NCBI GenBank assembly: GCA_027071805.1
Contig: JALSYX010000038.1
Location: 1-61,346, forward strand
Reading direction: 5' to 3'
Source: Sulfurimonas sp.
Lineage (GTDB): Bacteria > Campylobacterota > Campylobacteria > Campylobacterales > Sulfurimonadaceae
DNA: 61,346 nt
Each line of letters opens with the position of its first letter. The stretch's first letter is position 1. Shown here piece by piece: positions 57,910 through 61,346 of the stretch. Below the pieces are notes generated by a model. That model was not told where the DNA came from, did not search any database, and saw nothing but the letters and a program-made list of their open reading frames with translations. The translations under genes were made by a program, and so were the position numbers.

Positions 57910-60576
57910 ATGTCTCAAAAGAAGCAATTATTTTACAATATTGAACAACATATTTTTTATGTACTGCTTGCTTCTTTTTCTCTTTTGCTCTTTTTTTCTC
58001 TATATGCCCTTGCACAAAGAGAACTGGAGCAAACATCAAAATTTCAACTCGAATCATTGAAGCTTGCTCAAGAGTTACGACAATCTTCCGATGACTTAAC
58101 CCGCATGGTGCGTACTTATGTCGCAACAAAAAAGCCGATTTACAAACAACACTACCAAGAAATTTTAAATATACGCAATGGTCTGCAAGCGCGCCCCATC
58201 GACTATGACAGTATCTACTGGGATCTTGTCATGCTTGATGATAAACGCCCCTGTGCAAATGAAAAACAGCCACTCTCCCTCTTACAAAGAATGCGACAAG
58301 CTGGTTTTTCACACGAAGAGTTTGAAAAACTCCAAAAATCCAAAGAAAACTCTGATGCCCTCACACAAATCGAATACCAAGCAATGCAACTCATAGAGGA
58401 ACATCCAAATTCTCATGAAGCCCAAGAAGAAGCACTCCATCTGCTTTTTAACACAACATACCATCAAGCAAAAAAAGCTATTATGCAACCTATTGCAGCA
58501 TTTACACAGCTTCTCAACAAACGTACAGAAAAAAATGTTCAAAATGCAAAATTCTTTGCCAATGTAAGTAAAGTCCTCCTTGCCTTAAACATTCTTCTCT
58601 TACTCTTTACTTTATGGCGTTTAAAAAAAGTTGCCTTTAACATCTTAGGGGCTCCTCTGCATGAGGTGCATCACCAACTCTCTCAAATAGGACAAGGTAT
58701 TTTTCATACAGAGTTTACACAAAAGAAAAAAATTCCAAACAGTATTTATGCCCTGCTGAGTCACTCCAACCAAGCCATTATTCATGCAAAAACGCAAGAA
58801 GCACTCTTTCAAACAGTCTGCACAGATACCGTCAAATATGGAGAATTTACCCTTGCTTGGATAGGAGTACCAAACCAAGAGACTCAAGAGTTTGAAATTT
58901 GTAGTGTTGCGGGTGAAGCTGCGGAGTATATCAACTCTCTGCACCTTTCCATAGACCCACAAAGCCCTTTAGCCAAAGGTCCTGCAGGACAAGCCTACCT
59001 CACACGAGAAATTCAATACTTTATGGATTTTCAAAATTCTCTCAAAAGCACCCCTTGGCATGCAGCCGCCAAAAAATACAACTTAGCCAGTGCAGTGGGG
59101 ATTCCGCTGCAACAAGAGGGAAATGTCATAGCTGTTCTAGTCATCTACTCCCAAGCAGGTAAGTACTTCACAGCCAAAATTCGTAAACTCTTTGAAAAAA
59201 TGCAATCAGAACTCAATTTTGCCCTCGATAATTTCAAAAAAGAACAACGCCAACAAGAGAGTGATGCACACATTTACCAACTTGCAAACTATGACCCGCT
59301 CACACAACTTGCAAACCGTTCCCTTTTTGAAACCCACTTTACACAAATACTCAGCCGAAGTGAACGCTCCCAAGAACACTTTGCCCTCATGTTTATAGAC
59401 CTCGATAATTTTAAAGAAATTAATGACACTTTAGGACACTCTGTAGGCGATATTCTCTTACAAGAAGTTGCACGAAGATTTCAAACTGTTTCTCGTGATG
59501 AAGACATCATTACCAGACAGGGTGGTGATGAGTTTTTACTCCTTTTTCCAGACACAGATGCCAAAGCTGCCTCACAAATAGCACAAAAACTTTTAGAGGT
59601 TACAGCAGAAACTTTTTTCTATGAAGCACAAGAGCTCCATACCTCGCTCTCTATTGGCATTAGCATCTACCCAGAAAATGGAGAGAGCTTGGAACTCTTA
59701 GCCAAAAACGCAGACACCGCAATGTATAAGGCAAAAGAAGAGGGAAAAAACCGATACCATTTTTACACACAAGAGATGCACGAAGTAGCAAGCCGACACC
59801 TCCAACTCTCAAATGAGATGCATCATGCTATTGAAAACAAGGAACTCGAAGTCTATTACCAGCCACAAGTGGATGCAAAAACGCAAGAACTCGTAGGTGC
59901 AGAAGCCCTCATTCGCTGGAAACATCCACAATTAGGCTTTGTCCCTCCTGATGAGTTTATTCCTATTGCTGAAGCAAATGGGCTCATCATTCCTATAGGA
60001 GAGTGGGTGTTAAAAGAGGCAACACGACAGGCAAAAGAGTGGATCGATGCAAAACAGACACCACTGCTCATTGCTGTCAATATCTCAGCCGTGCAATTTC
60101 GCAATCCAAACATCGTGCAATGGGTTGAGGATATACTCAACGAGGCAGCATTAGCACCACAGTACTTAGAACTTGAACTCACAGAACGGGTTGCAATGAA
60201 AAATCCTGAGTATGTCATAGAGACTATGAATGCACTCCATGCAAGAGGGATTCGCATGTCTATTGATGATTTTGGAACAGGCTACTCTTCTTTAAGTTAT
60301 TTGAAAAAATTTAAAGTTTATAAACTCAAAATCGATCAATCTTTTGTTCGTGATATTCTCAACGATACAGACGATAAAGCCATTGTCAATTCTATCATCT
60401 CCATGGCAAAAGGTTTAGGACTCACAACCATTGCCGAAGGTGTAGAAACAGTAGAACAACTAGGCTACCTCAAAACGCAAGGCTGTGATGAGATACAAGG
60501 CTACTACTACTCCAAACCACTTCCAGCCAAAGAGTTTGAAAAATTTATGCAAGGTTTAAACAAACTTTCGATATAA
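57910..60576 (+). CDS. Membrane-bound GAF-GGDEF-EAL diguanylate cyclase/phosphodiesterase
   Basis: Two TM around a periplasmic sensor (LRQSSDDLTR), GAF, RxxD-x5-GGDEF, EALIRW, DDFGTGYSS, EGVE, QGY. Confidence 0.95.
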   Translation: MSQKKQLFYNIEQHIFYVLLASFSLLLFFSLYALAQRELEQTSKFQLESLKLAQELRQSSDDLTRMVRTYVATKKPIYKQHYQEILNIRNGLQARPIDYDSIYWDLVMLDDKRPCANEKQPLSLLQRMRQAGFSHEEFEKLQKSKENSDALTQIEYQAMQLIEEHPNSHEAQEEALHLLFNTTYHQAKKAIMQPIAAFTQLLNKRTEKNVQNAKFFANVSKVLLALNILLLLFTLWRLKKVAFNILGAPLHEVHHQLSQIGQGIFHTEFTQKKKIPNSIYALLSHSNQAIIHAKTQEALFQTVCTDTVKYGEFTLAWIGVPNQETQEFEICSVAGEAAEYINSLHLSIDPQSPLAKGPAGQAYLTREIQYFMDFQNSLKSTPWHAAAKKYNLASAVGIPLQQEGNVIAVLVIYSQAGKYFTAKIRKLFEKMQSELNFALDNFKKEQRQQESDAHIYQLANYDPLTQLANRSLFETHFTQILSRSERSQEHFALMFIDLDNFKEINDTLGHSVGDILLQEVARRFQTVSRDEDIITRQGGDEFLLLFPDTDAKAASQIAQKLLEVTAETFFYEAQELHTSLSIGISIYPENGESLELLAKNADTAMYKAKEEGKNRYHFYTQEMHEVASRHLQLSNEMHHAIENKELEVYYQPQVDAKTQELVGAEALIRWKHPQLGFVPPDEFIPIAEANGLIIPIGEWVLKEATRQAKEWIDAKQTPLLIAVNISAVQFRNPNIVQWVEDILNEAALAPQYLELELTERVAMKNPEYVIETMNALHARGIRMSIDDFGTGYSSLSYLKKFKVYKLKIDQSFVRDILNDTDDKAIVNSIISMAKGLGLTTIAEGVETVEQLGYLKTQGCDEIQGYYYSKPLPAKEFEKFMQGLNKLSI

Positions 60577-60725
60577 TTCCACGATTTTTCTTCTGTTACA
60601 CACAAGAAAATATTCACAGATTATGTCAAAAGTTAGTGCAACCCGCTTTTTAGTGGATCTTGTCCGACATTCTCGAAGCCAACTAGCAAATTTCTGGTTT
60701 GAAAAACAACCTTTAAGGATACCCT
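60572..60725 (+). promoter_or_regulatory. rpsB promoter (-10 TATAAT) and long structured 5' leader (t44/S2-leader-like)
   Basis: TATAAT at 60572-60577, ACACAC near the 5' end, stem-loops, AAGGA SD; S2 leaders are known upstream of rpsB. Confidence 0.6.
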
Positions 60726-61346
60726 ATGGTAACTATGAAAGACCTCTTAGAATGTGGTGTACACTTCGGACACCAAACACGTCGTTGGAACCCAAAAATG
60801 AAAAAATACATCTTTGGTGTTCGTAAAAACATTTATATTATTGATTTACAAAAAACTTTACGTTATTTCCGTAATACTTATAAAATCGTTATGGATGCTG
60901 CTGCTGAAGGGCAAACTGTTCTTTTTGTTGGTACAAAAAAACAAGCACGTAACTCTGTAAGAGAAGCGGCAATCGCTTGTAATATGCCGTATGTAGATAA
61001 CAGATGGTTAGGTGGTATGCTTACAAACTTCCCAACTATTCAAAAATCTATCCGTAAACTTGATGTGATTACACAAATGCAAGAAAATGGTCAAATTGAT
61101 CTTCTTACGAAAAAAGAAGCATTAATGCTTTCTCGTAAAAAAGAGAAACTTGAAATGTATTTTGGTGGTATTCGCAACATGAAAACACTTCCAGATATGT
61201 TATTTGTTGTAGATGCAGTTAAAGAGCACATCGCTGTTTTAGAAGCAAGATGTTTAAACATCCCAATCGTTGCACCACTTGACACAAACTGTGATCCTGA
61301 TCTTATTGATTACCCAATCCCAGGGAATGATGATGCAATCCGTTCT
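60726..61346 (+). CDS. rpsB: 30S ribosomal protein S2 (3' partial)
   Basis: [55 protein letters not shown]. Confidence 0.98.
   Translation, partial: MVTMKDLLECGVHFGHQTRRWNPKMKKYIFGVRKNIYIIDLQKTLRYFRNTYKIVMDAAAEGQTVLFVGTKKQARNSVREAAIACNMPYVDNRWLGGMLTNFPTIQKSIRKLDVITQMQENGQIDLLTKKEALMLSRKKEKLEMYFGGIRNMKTLPDMLFVVDAVKEHIAVLEARCLNIPIVAPLDTNCDPDLIDYPIPGNDDAIRS

Noticed and set aside
487-61285. Numerous short alternate-frame or antisense ORFs in the track (e.g. 23374-23760, 37080-37649, 48655-49173, 60623-60826, 61091-61285)
   Set aside because: They lie within well-supported genes and show no recognisable motifs; treated as shadow ORFs
1-61346. CRISPR array, prophage, rRNA or defence island
   Set aside because: By eye I saw no spaced direct-repeat arrays and no cas, phage, rRNA or known defence genes

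Overview
AT-rich chromosomal segment of a free-living Campylobacterota bacterium, most likely Sulfurimonas-like (inferred from gene content and order, e.g. pflB, mqnP, cheY-prmA-ftsH, fliFGH-dxs). Most of it is core housekeeping DNA: repair, flagellar, amino acid and cofactor biosynthesis, LPS, division and translation genes, plus one tRNA-Arg(CCT). The window starts in the left end of an IS256-like element and ends inside rpsB. The most unusual region is a ~12 kb block (39068-51215) of two convergent operons. The first encodes a MacB/HrtB-type ABC pair, a degenerate cbb3/NorB-like heme-copper-oxidase homolog that keeps the heme histidines but lacks the HH metal ligands, an MFS-like protein, YceI, a Cys-less thioredoxin-fold protein and a metallophosphoesterase. 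The second encodes a porin-like barrel, a small binding protein, a histidine kinase and a propeller/solenoid protein, and lies directly behind an OmpR-family regulator. Both operons carry the same TTCAT-N6-TTCAT box exactly 10 nt upstream of a -10 hexamer, suggesting one self-contained regulon of unknown function. Smaller points: an unannotated 52-aa four-Cys protein, a catalytically degenerate Psd homolog, a perfect 50-bp palindrome and four probable leaderless genes. All assignments come from reading motifs by eye; no searches were run.
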